The notes under the pieces are model-generated. The model had not been told where the DNA came from and searched no databases. It saw only the letters and a program-made list of their open reading frames with translations. DNA of 20,000 bases, taken from an uncultured virus (IMG/VR IMGVR_UViG_3300027159_000392) (taxonomy: Duplodnaviria; Heunggongvirae; Uroviricota; Caudoviricetes). A program made the translations under genes and the position numbers. The stretch is taken from the IMG/VR virus record IMGVR_UViG_3300027159_000392; one strand, given 5' to 3'. The first letter of the stretch is position 1. Every line of letters begins with the position of its first letter. Positions 1 to 8,182 of the stretch are shown here, one piece after another.

Positions 1-44
1 GCCTTGCACGCAGGAGGTCATCGGTTCGACTCCGATATTCTCCA
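1..44 (+). tRNA. tRNA-Ala(TGC), 3' part (5' end lies outside the window); CCA not encoded
   Basis: Anticodon arm GCC-TTGCA-CGCAGG with TGC anticodon, variable region AGGTC, T-arm ATCGG-TTCGACT-CCGAT, acceptor 3' strand ATTCTCC plus discriminator A, followed by CAA. Resembles the flavobacterial tRNA-Ala(TGC) as recalled. Confidence 0.93.
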
Positions 45-60
45 CAATATATAATAAGGT

Positions 61-708
61 ATGAGTATACTTATAATTACAAATCCAAGATCAGGATCAA
101 CAGCATTATTGACTACCTTAGCTAGATGTATAGGGTATAGAGGAGTACATGAACCTTTAAATCCTATTTTTAAGCATCCTCTATTCCTATCTCCTCCTCA
201 CTTAGATTACTCAGATATAGATTTTGATAATATAGGAAAAGACGATAAGTTGGTAGTAAAATGTATGACTCACCAATACCCTGAGACAACTGATGCTTAT
301 AGCTATTTTCTTAATTTTGCAAAGCAGTTTAAACACGTTATAATTTTAAGCAGAAGAGATGTAAATGCACAAGCAATGAGCTATGCTATAGCACAAAAAA
401 GATCTAAACTATCCGGAAAGAATGATTTTCAGACACAGTATAGTTCTGATTATAAAGTTTCTCAAGAAGAAATCGATGCTAAAATAAATTTTTACGTTAA
501 TGAAAAAACTAAAATAGAACTTTTATCGTTAGATTTAAATACTGATATTACTTGGTATGAAGATGTGTTCAGTTCTTATAGTTCAATAAGATTAAAACAA
601 CTTGGCGAAATAAGAGATATAAATGGATTTAATGAGAAACTTTACGTAGAACGTACTAATCCTAATAATAGATTGAGAAAAGACACAAACAATAGAAGCA
701 TAATATGA
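61..708 (+). CDS. Sulfotransferase-like protein (Stf0/PAPS-binding fold)
   Basis: N-terminal PSB-like motif ILIITNPRSGSTAL, then HEP, IILSRRD..AQAMS (3'-PB-like) and WYED. Paralogous to 15020-15550. Confidence 0.7.
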   Translation: MSILIITNPRSGSTALLTTLARCIGYRGVHEPLNPIFKHPLFLSPPHLDYSDIDFDNIGKDDKLVVKCMTHQYPETTDAYSYFLNFAKQFKHVIILSRRDVNAQAMSYAIAQKRSKLSGKNDFQTQYSSDYKVSQEEIDAKINFYVNEKTKIELLSLDLNTDITWYEDVFSSYSSIRLKQLGEIRDINGFNEKLYVERTNPNNRLRKDTNNRSII

Positions 709-2363
709 TACAATTAGGTATATCAGCATTTTACCATGATTCTGCAGCTTGTATAGTTGAAAATGGTAAAGTAATAGCAGCAGCAGAAGAAGAAAGATTT
801 ACTGAATTAAAGCACGATAGTTCGTTTCCTTTAAACGCTATTAAATACTGTTTAGAAAGCACTAATACTAGTATAGATGATATTTCTGAAGTATGCTGGT
901 ACGAAGATCCTGCTTTAAAAAGAGATAGGGTAGAGAAGATATTTAGCAAACACCCATTACGTACCTTTTTTACTAAGAAAAGATTTAGAAAAGAGTTCGC
1001 AAAAAATAAACCTAAAAGGTTACTTTTTGATTTAGGGTATAAGGGTAAAATTAGCTATACCCCTCATCATGAATCTCATGCTGCTTTTTCGTTCTTTACT
1101 TCCCCATATAAATCAGCAGATATACTAGTAGTAGACGGAGTAGGAGAATGGCAAACAGTATCTTTCTGGAAAGGTGAAGGAAAAGAACTAAAATTAAAAC
1201 ATTCTTATAAGTTTCCAAATTCACTAGGTATGTTTTATTCAACTATGACTGCATTTCTTGGGTTTAAACCTAATGAAGGGGAATATAAAGTGATGGGATT
1301 AGCACCTTATGGTAACCCTGGAAAATATTTTGATTTACTTAAAAGCACGATAGAGTTAACAGGTTTTAAAGTAAACCAGAAGTTTTACACTTGGGAATAT
1401 ACAGATAAGATAATGTTTAATTCTAAGCTTGCAAAACTTTTAAACCTATCACCTAGACTTCCAGAAGAAGAGGTTACTCAAGATCATAAGGACTTAGCAG
1501 CTTCAATTCAAGCAGTGTATGAATATTTTTTCTTAGAGTTTGTACATAAAATGAAACTGATAGGTAAAAGCGATAATTTATGTTTAGGAGGAGGATGTGC
1601 TTATAACGGTGTTGCTAATTACAAAGCATATAAACACTATAATAATATACACATACCATTTGCCCCTTCTGATGCTGGTTCTGCAATAGGAGCATGTTTA
1701 AATAATTACAGAGGCCCGATTAAAGATAATGTTTCTCCTTACTTAGGTAATAGTTACACAAAAGAGGAATATCTAGACCAGATTTTAGCTAATTCAGACA
1801 AAGTAGATTTTATAGAATTTGCTGAAGAAAAACTAATGAATAGAGTTGCTAAATTACTGTACTCAGATAAGATAGTAGCATGGTTCCAAGATAGAATGGA
1901 ATTTGGCGCTAGAGCATTAGGTAATAGGAGTATTTTAGCTTCACCTTATAACCCTAAAATGCGTGAAAAGTTAAATTTAGTAATTAAAAAAAGAGAAGGT
2001 TTTAGACCTTTCGCTCCTTCTGTCATTGAAGAAGATACAACTAAATACTTTCTTACTAAAGACAAAATACCGTATATGAACCAGGTAGTAAAGGTAAAGA
2101 ATGGCTCTTTAAATAAATTTCCATCAGCTACTCATATAGATGGTACAGCAAGAGTACAGTCTGTTAGTAAGAAACAAAATGAAAGGTACTATTTATTGTT
2201 AGATGCTTTTAAGAGACTATCAGGACATGGAGTTCTACTGAATACCTCTTTTAACTTAAAAGACGAAACAATAACAAGAACACCTAACCAAGCAATCAAA
2301 AGATTTCTCAACAGTGATATAGATTACTTGGTATTAGGAAATTATTTAGTATTAAAAAAATGA
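705..2363 (+). CDS. O-carbamoyltransferase, NodU/CmcH/TobZ family
   Basis: LGISAFYHDSAAC, AAEEERF..KHD, HHESHAA, VDGVGE, EYKVMGLAPYG, LGGGCAYN, DAGSAIGA, EFGARALGNRSIL, REGFRPFAP, H.DGTARVQ, LLNTSFN. Confidence 0.95.
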   Translation: MIQLGISAFYHDSAACIVENGKVIAAAEEERFTELKHDSSFPLNAIKYCLESTNTSIDDISEVCWYEDPALKRDRVEKIFSKHPLRTFFTKKRFRKEFAKNKPKRLLFDLGYKGKISYTPHHESHAAFSFFTSPYKSADILVVDGVGEWQTVSFWKGEGKELKLKHSYKFPNSLGMFYSTMTAFLGFKPNEGEYKVMGLAPYGNPGKYFDLLKSTIELTGFKVNQKFYTWEYTDKIMFNSKLAKLLNLSPRLPEEEVTQDHKDLAASIQAVYEYFFLEFVHKMKLIGKSDNLCLGGGCAYNGVANYKAYKHYNNIHIPFAPSDAGSAIGACLNNYRGPIKDNVSPYLGNSYTKEEYLDQILANSDKVDFIEFAEEKLMNRVAKLLYSDKIVAWFQDRMEFGARALGNRSILASPYNPKMREKLNLVIKKREGFRPFAPSVIEEDTTKYFLTKDKIPYMNQVVKVKNGSLNKFPSATHIDGTARVQSVSKKQNERYYLLLDAFKRLSGHGVLLNTSFNLKDETITRTPNQAIKRFLNSDIDYLVLGNYLVLKK

Positions 2364-2476
2364 AAATATTCAACTACATAAAGAACTGGTATACTACCTA
2401 TAAAAAGAATAAACTCTACAATAAGAAAATTAAGGAGTTGAAAAAAAGGGATCCGTTTAGTTATAAGAATTTCTAG
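2360..2476 (+). CDS. Small basic protein (38 aa, MKIFNYIKNWYTTYKKNKLYNKKIKELKKRDPFSYKNF); not in the ORF track
   Basis: ATG overlaps the carbamoyltransferase stop (ATGA). The C-terminal KELKKRDPF.Y resembles small ORFs often seen after phage carbamoyltransferases. Confidence 0.65.
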   Translation: MKIFNYIKNWYTTYKKNKLYNKKIKELKKRDPFSYKNF

Positions 2477-2502
2477 TACTATTTATATAATATACTCTTA
2501 CT

Positions 2503-3798
2503 ATGGCGAATTTCAAGGACACGAGAATAAATCAAACCTACCAACGACTTGTACAGGTAGACGGTGCAATCTTACAAGACGGTAAAGGAAATGTAATTTC
2601 CGGATCAATGGGAGACTTAACAATAAGTGGGTCTTTAAATATCATTGGTCATACCAATGTATCTGCTTCATTAAGCAGGTTAAATTCTTTTAGTTCTTCA
2701 ATAGATGATATATATGCAACAGACGTTGATGTAACTGCAGTATCTTCTAGAGTAACTAGCTTAGAAAACTTTTCTAGTTCTTTAGATGCTACATACGCTA
2801 CAGATGAACAGCTCGATATAGTATCACAATCTCTTTCTTTAGAAACCGCTCAACTTTTAGACTTTAGTGCTTCGTTAGATGCTACATTTGCAACCGATGC
2901 TCAATTAACAACAGCAGTAGAAGCTCTTAATGCATCAACTAGTTCTTTAGCACATAAGAATGCAATATCCGGTGCTTTTTCAATTACCTCAGCTTCTTTA
3001 GCTAGCCAAATTGCTTCCTTAGACTCTGAATATGCATCTGATATACAATTAACAAATTTATCATCTTCAGCAGCTAATACCTACTTGTCTAAAGCAGGAA
3101 AAATTATTCTTAGTAGTAGTGCACAGTTATTTGAGGTATGTGATCCTAGATACGGTTTTACTCCTTATGATGCTAGATATGCTAATAGTGGTTCTTTTAC
3201 AGAATTAAGCGCATCATTACAGACAGATTATGTATTAAGTAGTTCTTTTGCAGTCTTAAGCTCTTCCTTGCAATCTGATATTACTGCATTAAATAATTAT
3301 ACGGGTTCTGCCAATATTATTCTTCAAGACCATGAACTACAGAGGTATTTACATGGTGAAAGGTTAACAAGTATAGAAACCTTTACTAGTTCAATACAAA
3401 GTACAGTAGACGGCTTATTGACTGATTATACCTCAGATGTTGAATTAACAAATTTTTCATCCTCAGCAGCTAATACGTATTTAACTAAACAGGGAAAAAT
3501 TATTATAAGTAGTAGTGTGCAGTTATTTAGTATCTGTGATCCTAGATATGGCTTTACTCCTTATGATGCTAGATATGCTAATATTAATAGTATAACAGGT
3601 TCCTTTGCTATAGAATCAAGCAGAATAGATTCATTAGAGACAGTAGTAAGCTCTTCAGCATTACTTAATTTAACTCCTAGTGCAACTTTACCGACTAATG
3701 TAAATACCGGATCATTAGCAGTAACTGGAAGTACATTAGCTTTCTATGACGGAAATAACTGGAAAGTAGTAATTACAGGTTCAACTTTACCATTATAG
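2503..3798 (+). CDS. Ser/Thr-rich repetitive protein, probable virion fibre/structural protein
   Basis: Repeated L..FSSS(I/L)D..YATD..(L/V) units, many SGS/TGS/SAS motifs, a duplicated 53-aa module, and a C-terminal GSLAV.G..LAFYDG..W as in phage fibre tips. Confidence 0.55.
   Translation: MANFKDTRINQTYQRLVQVDGAILQDGKGNVISGSMGDLTISGSLNIIGHTNVSASLSRLNSFSSSIDDIYATDVDVTAVSSRVTSLENFSSSLDATYATDEQLDIVSQSLSLETAQLLDFSASLDATFATDAQLTTAVEALNASTSSLAHKNAISGAFSITSASLASQIASLDSEYASDIQLTNLSSSAANTYLSKAGKIILSSSAQLFEVCDPRYGFTPYDARYANSGSFTELSASLQTDYVLSSSFAVLSSSLQSDITALNNYTGSANIILQDHELQRYLHGERLTSIETFTSSIQSTVDGLLTDYTSDVELTNFSSSAANTYLTKQGKIIISSSVQLFSICDPRYGFTPYDARYANINSITGSFAIESSRIDSLETVVSSSALLNLTPSATLPTNVNTGSLAVTGSTLAFYDGNNWKVVITGSTLPL
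3028..3582 (+). repeat. Two 159-bp direct repeats (3028-3186 and 3424-3582) within the 431-aa ORF
   Basis: EYASDIQLTNLSSSAANTYLSKAGKIILSSSAQLFEVCDPRYGFTPYDARYAN vs DYTSDVELTNFSSSAANTYLTKQGKIIISSSVQLFSICDPRYGFTPYDARYAN; the DNA gatcctagata.gg.tttactccttatgatgctagatatgctaat is shared. Confidence 0.95.
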
Positions 3799-3799
3799 A

Positions 3800-3831
3800 G
3801 TTGCTTATGAAATAAAAAGTTCTTATATTAT
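3800..3831 (+). promoter_or_regulatory. Bacteroidota-type (-33 TTG / -7 TAnnTT) promoter for the queD/queE unit
   Basis: GTTG at 3800-3803 and TTCTTATATT at 3820-3829; the same spacing recurs at 6219, 9415, 12126, 19570 and 19762 (1 nt shorter at 16062). Confidence 0.7.
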
Positions 3832-3845
3832 ATATATATGACTAT

Positions 3846-3872
3846 AGTGTCGTAGTACCACTTTAAAAACAC
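3846..3872 (+). ncRNA. preQ1-I-like riboswitch aptamer candidate (copy 1)
   Basis: Stem AGTG/CACT, loop TCGTAGTAC, A-rich tail TTAAAAACAC, ending just before ATG 3875; lies upstream of queD/queE. Confidence 0.7.
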
Positions 3873-3874
3873 TT

Positions 3875-4114
3875 ATGAAAAAATTAGAAAAAAAGGTTAT
3901 GCAAGAACTCTATAATAGAGAAGAAAGAGAGAATAATGCCTCTCTTGAGATCAATGGTCAGAAAGTACCAGATCCAAAATTACACCAAACAATTTCATTT
4001 ATTAAATCAGCTATCCGTATTTTAGGTTATGCTGCATTATGCTATAGTTTAGATTTAGCAGTAGGTTTACTTATATTAAGTGAAGGAATAGGAATTGTAG
4101 AAGAATTAGTTTAA
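3875..4114 (+). CDS. Small membrane protein, hypothetical (alternative start ATG 3899)
   Basis: Hydrophobic C-terminal half HQTISFIKSAIRILGY...LLILSEGIGIVEELV; first gene after the promoter and riboswitch candidate. Confidence 0.7.
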   Translation: MKKLEKKVMQELYNREERENNASLEINGQKVPDPKLHQTISFIKSAIRILGYAALCYSLDLAVGLLILSEGIGIVEELV

Positions 4115-4124
4115 AAAATAAGTT

Positions 4125-4595
4125 ATGGGAAAATTTCAATCAACAAAAGTCTTTGACGGGTTTAGTACTTGTTTTAGACAATGGAAAGCAGAAACTACTC
4201 ACTGTAGATTCTTACATGGGTACGGAGTATCTTTTAAACTATGGTTTGAAGGAGAATTAGATGATAGGAACTGGGTATGGGACTTTGGAGGCATGAAAAG
4301 AGCTAAAGCTACGATAGACGGAATGTCTCCTAAAGCATGGATGGACTATATGTTTGATCATACGGTTATAATTGCGGAAGATGATCCTCAACTTGCCGGG
4401 TACTTCAAAAAATTAGATAGAAACGGCACTATTCAGCTAAGAGTAATTGAAGCAGTAGGAGCAGAGAAATTTGCAGAGTACCTCTACAATAAAATTAATC
4501 CATTTTTGTTAGAAGAGACAGACGGCAGGGTAAAGCTAGCTAAAGTTGAATTTAGAGAACACGGTAAAAACACAGCATTATATGAGCCTAGGTAG
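4125..4595 (+). CDS. queD: 6-carboxy-5,6,7,8-tetrahydropterin synthase (QueD/PTPS family)
   Basis: HCRFLHGY (C..LHG zinc motif), WVWDFG, FDHT, GAEKFAE, V.F.EH..N.A.Y; adjacent to queE. Confidence 0.88.
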   Translation: MGKFQSTKVFDGFSTCFRQWKAETTHCRFLHGYGVSFKLWFEGELDDRNWVWDFGGMKRAKATIDGMSPKAWMDYMFDHTVIIAEDDPQLAGYFKKLDRNGTIQLRVIEAVGAEKFAEYLYNKINPFLLEETDGRVKLAKVEFREHGKNTALYEPR

Positions 4596-5361
4596 AATAG
4601 AAGATTACGATAAAAACTTACCGATCGTTGAAATATACACGGCAGTACAATCAGAAGGATCCAGAGCAGGTTATCCTACAGTGGTTATTAGGACTACTGG
4701 CTGTACTCATAGGTGTTATTTCGGAGAAGGTGGATGGTGTGATAGCTGGTATACTTCTATACATCCAGAAAAAGGAAAATACTCATTTAATGATATTATA
4801 AAAGCATATGACGATAATCCTCATATATCAGAAATGATGTTAACAGGAGGAAGTCCTTCTATGCATAAGAAACTAGTAAACGAATTAACACATTTAGCAA
4901 ATGAAAGAAATATCTTCATTACTATGGAGAATGAAGGTAGCCATTTTCTACCTACTGATTATCCTATTAATTTACTTTCAATCAGTCCGAAGTTCAGCAA
5001 TTCGGTACCTGTACTCGGTGTCGAAACTCCTGAAGGAAAGATTACAGATGAGAAAATGATAAAGCAGCATAATAAGTTTAGACTTAATTACCCTGCTATA
5101 AAAGAAAGTATTGCATACCATTCAGACTACCATTTAAAGCCTGTATGGGACGGGAAAGACGAAGGAGCATTAGAAGAGATTATGGACTGTATAGAGCAAT
5201 TGGATGCACCTAAGGATAAAGTATGGTTTATGCCTGCTGGGGATACTCGAGCAGCATTACAAAAGTCTTATCCAGTCATGTTTGATTGGGTTAGAGATAA
5301 TGGATATAGATTAACCTGGAGACCGCATATTATTGCGTTTGAAGATCAAAGAGAAGTATAA
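4582..5361 (+). CDS. queE: 7-carboxy-7-deazaguanine synthase (radical SAM); likely start ATG 4582 rather than TTG 4546
   Basis: [24 protein letters not shown]...C.......CDS.Y, LTGGSP, ENEGS, SISPK, C-terminal R.H; que context. Confidence 0.9.
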   Translation: MSLGRIEDYDKNLPIVEIYTAVQSEGSRAGYPTVVIRTTGCTHRCYFGEGGWCDSWYTSIHPEKGKYSFNDIIKAYDDNPHISEMMLTGGSPSMHKKLVNELTHLANERNIFITMENEGSHFLPTDYPINLLSISPKFSNSVPVLGVETPEGKITDEKMIKQHNKFRLNYPAIKESIAYHSDYHLKPVWDGKDEGALEEIMDCIEQLDAPKDKVWFMPAGDTRAALQKSYPVMFDWVRDNGYRLTWRPHIIAFEDQREV

Positions 5362-5669
5362 TGAGTTTTATAATTGGATCACCTTGCGTTAGTACTTGCG
5401 ATACAGCCTGTGTAGCAGTTTGCCCTGTAGACTGTATTCACGGTCCTATAGATATTACTGGAGCAGGAGCAGAAGTAGCAGGAATGTCCAAAGAAGACTT
5501 AATCGGTAAAAGCCTATACATAAACCCAGAAGAATGTATCGACTGTGGAGCTTGTGTTCCGGAATGCCCTGTAGAAGCAATTTTCGATAGTGAAGAAGAA
5601 GCAATCGAAGCAGGAGAAAAAGAGGCAGTTATTAACAACTATAAATTTTTCGGTTTAGATTATGAATGA
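5361..5669 (+). CDS. Dicluster (7Fe/8Fe-type) ferredoxin
   Basis: [18 protein letters not shown] and [24 protein letters not shown] motifs (FdxA-like). Confidence 0.92.
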   Translation: MSFIIGSPCVSTCDTACVAVCPVDCIHGPIDITGAGAEVAGMSKEDLIGKSLYINPEECIDCGACVPECPVEAIFDSEEEAIEAGEKEAVINNYKFFGLDYE

Positions 5670-5835
5670 AAAAGAATTTGTACAGTGGTTAAAAGGATTC
5701 ATAGAAGGAGTACACCACTATAATATTACTCCAGCTCAATTTGACCATTTAAAAGAGAAATTACAATCAGTAGGTAATACCTCTATAGCAAACTATTCTA
5801 CTGGCAACTGGGTAACGAATAATACATGGGAGTAA
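5662..5835 (+). CDS. Hypothetical protein (57 aa, [34 protein letters not shown]...); not in the ORF track
   Basis: Fills the gap between the ferredoxin and the PRTase, overlapping both ends. Confidence 0.7.
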   Translation: MNEKEFVQWLKGFIEGVHHYNITPAQFDHLKEKLQSVGNTSIANYSTGNWVTNNTWE

Positions 5836-6230
5836 AAAGAGTTTATTATAGTTGGGAGGATGTTTATAAACTCCTCGATAACATACACGCACAAACAAAA
5901 GGAAAAATAGATTACGTAACAGGAATTCCTAGAGGAGGTACTATCTTAGCAATAATGTATTCACATCGTTTTGATATTCCTTACTTTGAATATAAAAGTA
6001 ATCACTACCCTAGACTGTTAATTATAGATGATATAGCAGATAGTGGAGAGACAATATTAAAATGGAGAGAAGAAATGTTTAATCCTAAGTTTGCTACTCT
6101 ACATTACAAAACATCCTCGAAAGCAAAACCAGAATATTTCGCAAAAGAGATACCTGATGATTACGGTTGGATTGTATACCCTTGGGAAAAAGAAACTTCC
6201 AAAACTATTCAAGATTATTTGGATGTTTAA
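5826..6230 (+). CDS. Purine phosphoribosyltransferase (Gpt/XGPRT-like)
   Basis: GIPRGG, PRPP-binding LLIIDDIADSGET, and C-terminal WIVYPWE typical of Gpt-like PRTases. Confidence 0.88.
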   Translation: MGVKRVYYSWEDVYKLLDNIHAQTKGKIDYVTGIPRGGTILAIMYSHRFDIPYFEYKSNHYPRLLIIDDIADSGETILKWREEMFNPKFATLHYKTSSKAKPEYFAKEIPDDYGWIVYPWEKETSKTIQDYLDV

Positions 6231-6249
6231 AATAAATTTCTTATCTTTA
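6218..6249 (+). promoter_or_regulatory. Bacteroidota-type promoter for the folE unit
   Basis: TTTG 6218-6221, a 20-nt spacer, then TATCTTTA 6242-6249 (cf. TTTG-N19-21-TAnnTTTG). Confidence 0.7.
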
Positions 6250-6257
6250 ATTAAGAA

Positions 6258-6285
6258 TGAGTCGTAGAACCTCAGTAAAAACAAA
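6258..6285 (+). ncRNA. preQ1-I-like riboswitch aptamer candidate (copy 2)
   Basis: Stem TGAG/CTCA, loop TCGTAGAAC, tail GTAAAAACAAA; 9 nt upstream of the folE ATG. Confidence 0.7.
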
Positions 6286-6294
6286 TTATATATT

Positions 6295-7008
6295 ATGCCT
6301 AAAAAGTTTATAGAAGGAACAGAATTAGTAAGAGCCGGATTCGCTAACGGTATTTCAACTCAACTAGCGGAAAAACAAAAGACAGAAGGACCAGAAGCTA
6401 GACTTACTGATCATGAAAAGCAAGTTATTATAAAAAGAGCATCAGAAGCATATGCAAACTTTTTAACTGCATTAGGATGTGACTATAAAGACGATCCTAA
6501 CTCTGCAGATACTCCAATGAGAGTAGCTAAAGCTTATGTTAATGACTTGTGGGCTGGAAGATATAGCCCTTTAGACCGTATTACAGCATTTCCTTCTGAT
6601 GGATATGACGGCATTGTACAGGAGAGTAATATACCAGTAACGTCTATGTGTTCTCACCACCATCAAGCTATTAGAGGTACAGTAAGTATTGCTTATATAG
6701 CATCAGAAGATGGTAAGGTAGTAGGACTGTCTAAGCTTAATAGAATTGTAGAGCAATTCGGTAGAAGAGGAGCTATTCAAGAGCAGTTAACGGTAGCTAT
6801 TCATAATGCAGTAGATAAGATATGTGAAGGTAATTTAGGAGTAGCAGTTCAGGTAAATGCAACTCATGCATGTGTATCATGTAGAGGAGTAAAGCATGGA
6901 GGAGCTTCAATGCAGACTGCTAAGTTAACAGGAGCATTTTTAAATGAGGATTCAGCAAAAGCAGAGTTTTATAAGAACATAGAATTAGCAAGCATATGCA
7001 AGCATTAG
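6295..7008 (+). CDS. folE: GTP cyclohydrolase I
   Basis: DTPMRVAK, SMCSHH, VVGLSKLNRIV, IQEQLT, HACVSCRGV. Confidence 0.95.
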   Translation: MPKKFIEGTELVRAGFANGISTQLAEKQKTEGPEARLTDHEKQVIIKRASEAYANFLTALGCDYKDDPNSADTPMRVAKAYVNDLWAGRYSPLDRITAFPSDGYDGIVQESNIPVTSMCSHHHQAIRGTVSIAYIASEDGKVVGLSKLNRIVEQFGRRGAIQEQLTVAIHNAVDKICEGNLGVAVQVNATHACVSCRGVKHGGASMQTAKLTGAFLNEDSAKAEFYKNIELASICKH

Positions 7009-7439
7009 AACACGATGAAAGACCTTGGGGTTGTTATGATGTATTATTAGATACTGACTTTACTAAAGTTAAACTAATAACTGTAGCTCCTGGACAAAGA
7101 CTTTCTTACCAGTATCATACTAATAGACGTGAGCAGTGGACAGTTGTTGAAGGAGTCCTAACTGTTGTATTGGATGATGAAATCTATACAGTTAAAACAG
7201 GAGGTTCTATACATATTCCATTAGAAGCTAAACATAGAGCTTGGAATAAAACTGACGAAGTAGTACAATTTATAGAAGTTCAAACTGGTACTTATTTTGG
7301 AGAAGACGATATCATAAGATTAGAAGATGATTACGATAGAGCACAAGACGATCCATACTTCCATCTAGCCGATGGTAATTACATTGGAGGATTAACAATG
7401 CCGATAGAGAATACAAATAAATTAAATAAAGATGAGTAA
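6996..7439 (+). CDS. Cupin protein, mannose-6-phosphate isomerase type II (C-terminal domain-like)
   Basis: ERPWG, RLSYQYH..R.EQW.VV.G, HR..N, FIEVQTGTYFGEDDIIRLEDDY.R. Confidence 0.85.
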   Translation: MQALEHDERPWGCYDVLLDTDFTKVKLITVAPGQRLSYQYHTNRREQWTVVEGVLTVVLDDEIYTVKTGGSIHIPLEAKHRAWNKTDEVVQFIEVQTGTYFGEDDIIRLEDDYDRAQDDPYFHLADGNYIGGLTMPIENTNKLNKDE

Positions 7440-7974
7440 ACAATTAAATTTATTCTCAGAGAATGAGATGAAAGACATGGAACCACTACCAGTTTGGGTT
7501 AACGGAGTTCCTTTCGTAGATGAAGTAGAAACGTTTAATAAAACATTCGGAAAACCTAATAACTATGAACCAACTATACCAAGTAAAAAAGAGTGGCAAT
7601 TCGTTTATGACTTTATCCTCGAAGAACTCGAAGAATATAGAGAAGCTTGCGAAAGAGGGGACATTGTGGAAGTTCTGGACGCTTTGTGCGACATTACTTA
7701 TGTTTCCCTTGGGAACGGTACTATGTTACATGGCCTTAAAGATAAGATATGGCCAGCATATCAAGAGGTACAGGCTTCTAATATGTCAAAAGCTTGTAAA
7801 ACTGAAGAAGAAGCCATACAGAGTGTCAGCCAAAGAAGTAAGGAACAAGGTGAGGCCTGTCATTTTGAGAAGATTGCGGAAGGACGGTACATTGTCTATA
7901 GAACAAGAGATAGAAAAGTAATGAAATCGATTAATTACTTCAGACCTGATTTAAAACAGTTCTTTAATGATTAA
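7432..7974 (+). CDS. MazG-like all-alpha NTP pyrophosphohydrolase (DR2231/PRA-PH type)
   Basis: V..F...F, EELEEY, EVLDALCDITYV..G, EVQASNMSK, KVMKS..YF.PDL. Confidence 0.85.
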   Translation: MSKQLNLFSENEMKDMEPLPVWVNGVPFVDEVETFNKTFGKPNNYEPTIPSKKEWQFVYDFILEELEEYREACERGDIVEVLDALCDITYVSLGNGTMLHGLKDKIWPAYQEVQASNMSKACKTEEEAIQSVSQRSKEQGEACHFEKIAEGRYIVYRTRDRKVMKSINYFRPDLKQFFND

Positions 7975-8182
7975 TTTAGAGAAACATAAAGTTACAATTG
8001 ACGGTGAGGATTACTTACCATTCGATATTGTAAAGAAAGCATATTCTGAAATTTATGAATATGATAAGAATCAAACTAAACTTGACCATGCATTAGAACT
8101 TATCGATAACTCAGTAAGAACTATGTCAACACTATTAAATACTACAAATATAGATGATAAAGATAGCACACGAAAGTCCTAA
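7967..8182 (+). CDS. Hypothetical protein
   Basis: 71-aa ORF overlapping both neighbours in the operon. Confidence 0.65.
   Translation: MINLEKHKVTIDGEDYLPFDIVKKAYSEIYEYDKNQTKLDHALELIDNSVRTMSTLLNTTNIDDKDSTRKS

Noticed and set aside
3028..3582. 159-bp repeats as a DGR template/variable pair or CRISPR
   Set aside because: Both copies are in frame within one ORF, differences are not adenine-specific, there is no reverse transcriptase in the window, and there is no spacer array.
7565..7921. 118-aa alternative-frame ORF inside the MazG-like gene
   Set aside because: Fully nested in a well-supported gene with no recognisable motifs; probably a shadow ORF.
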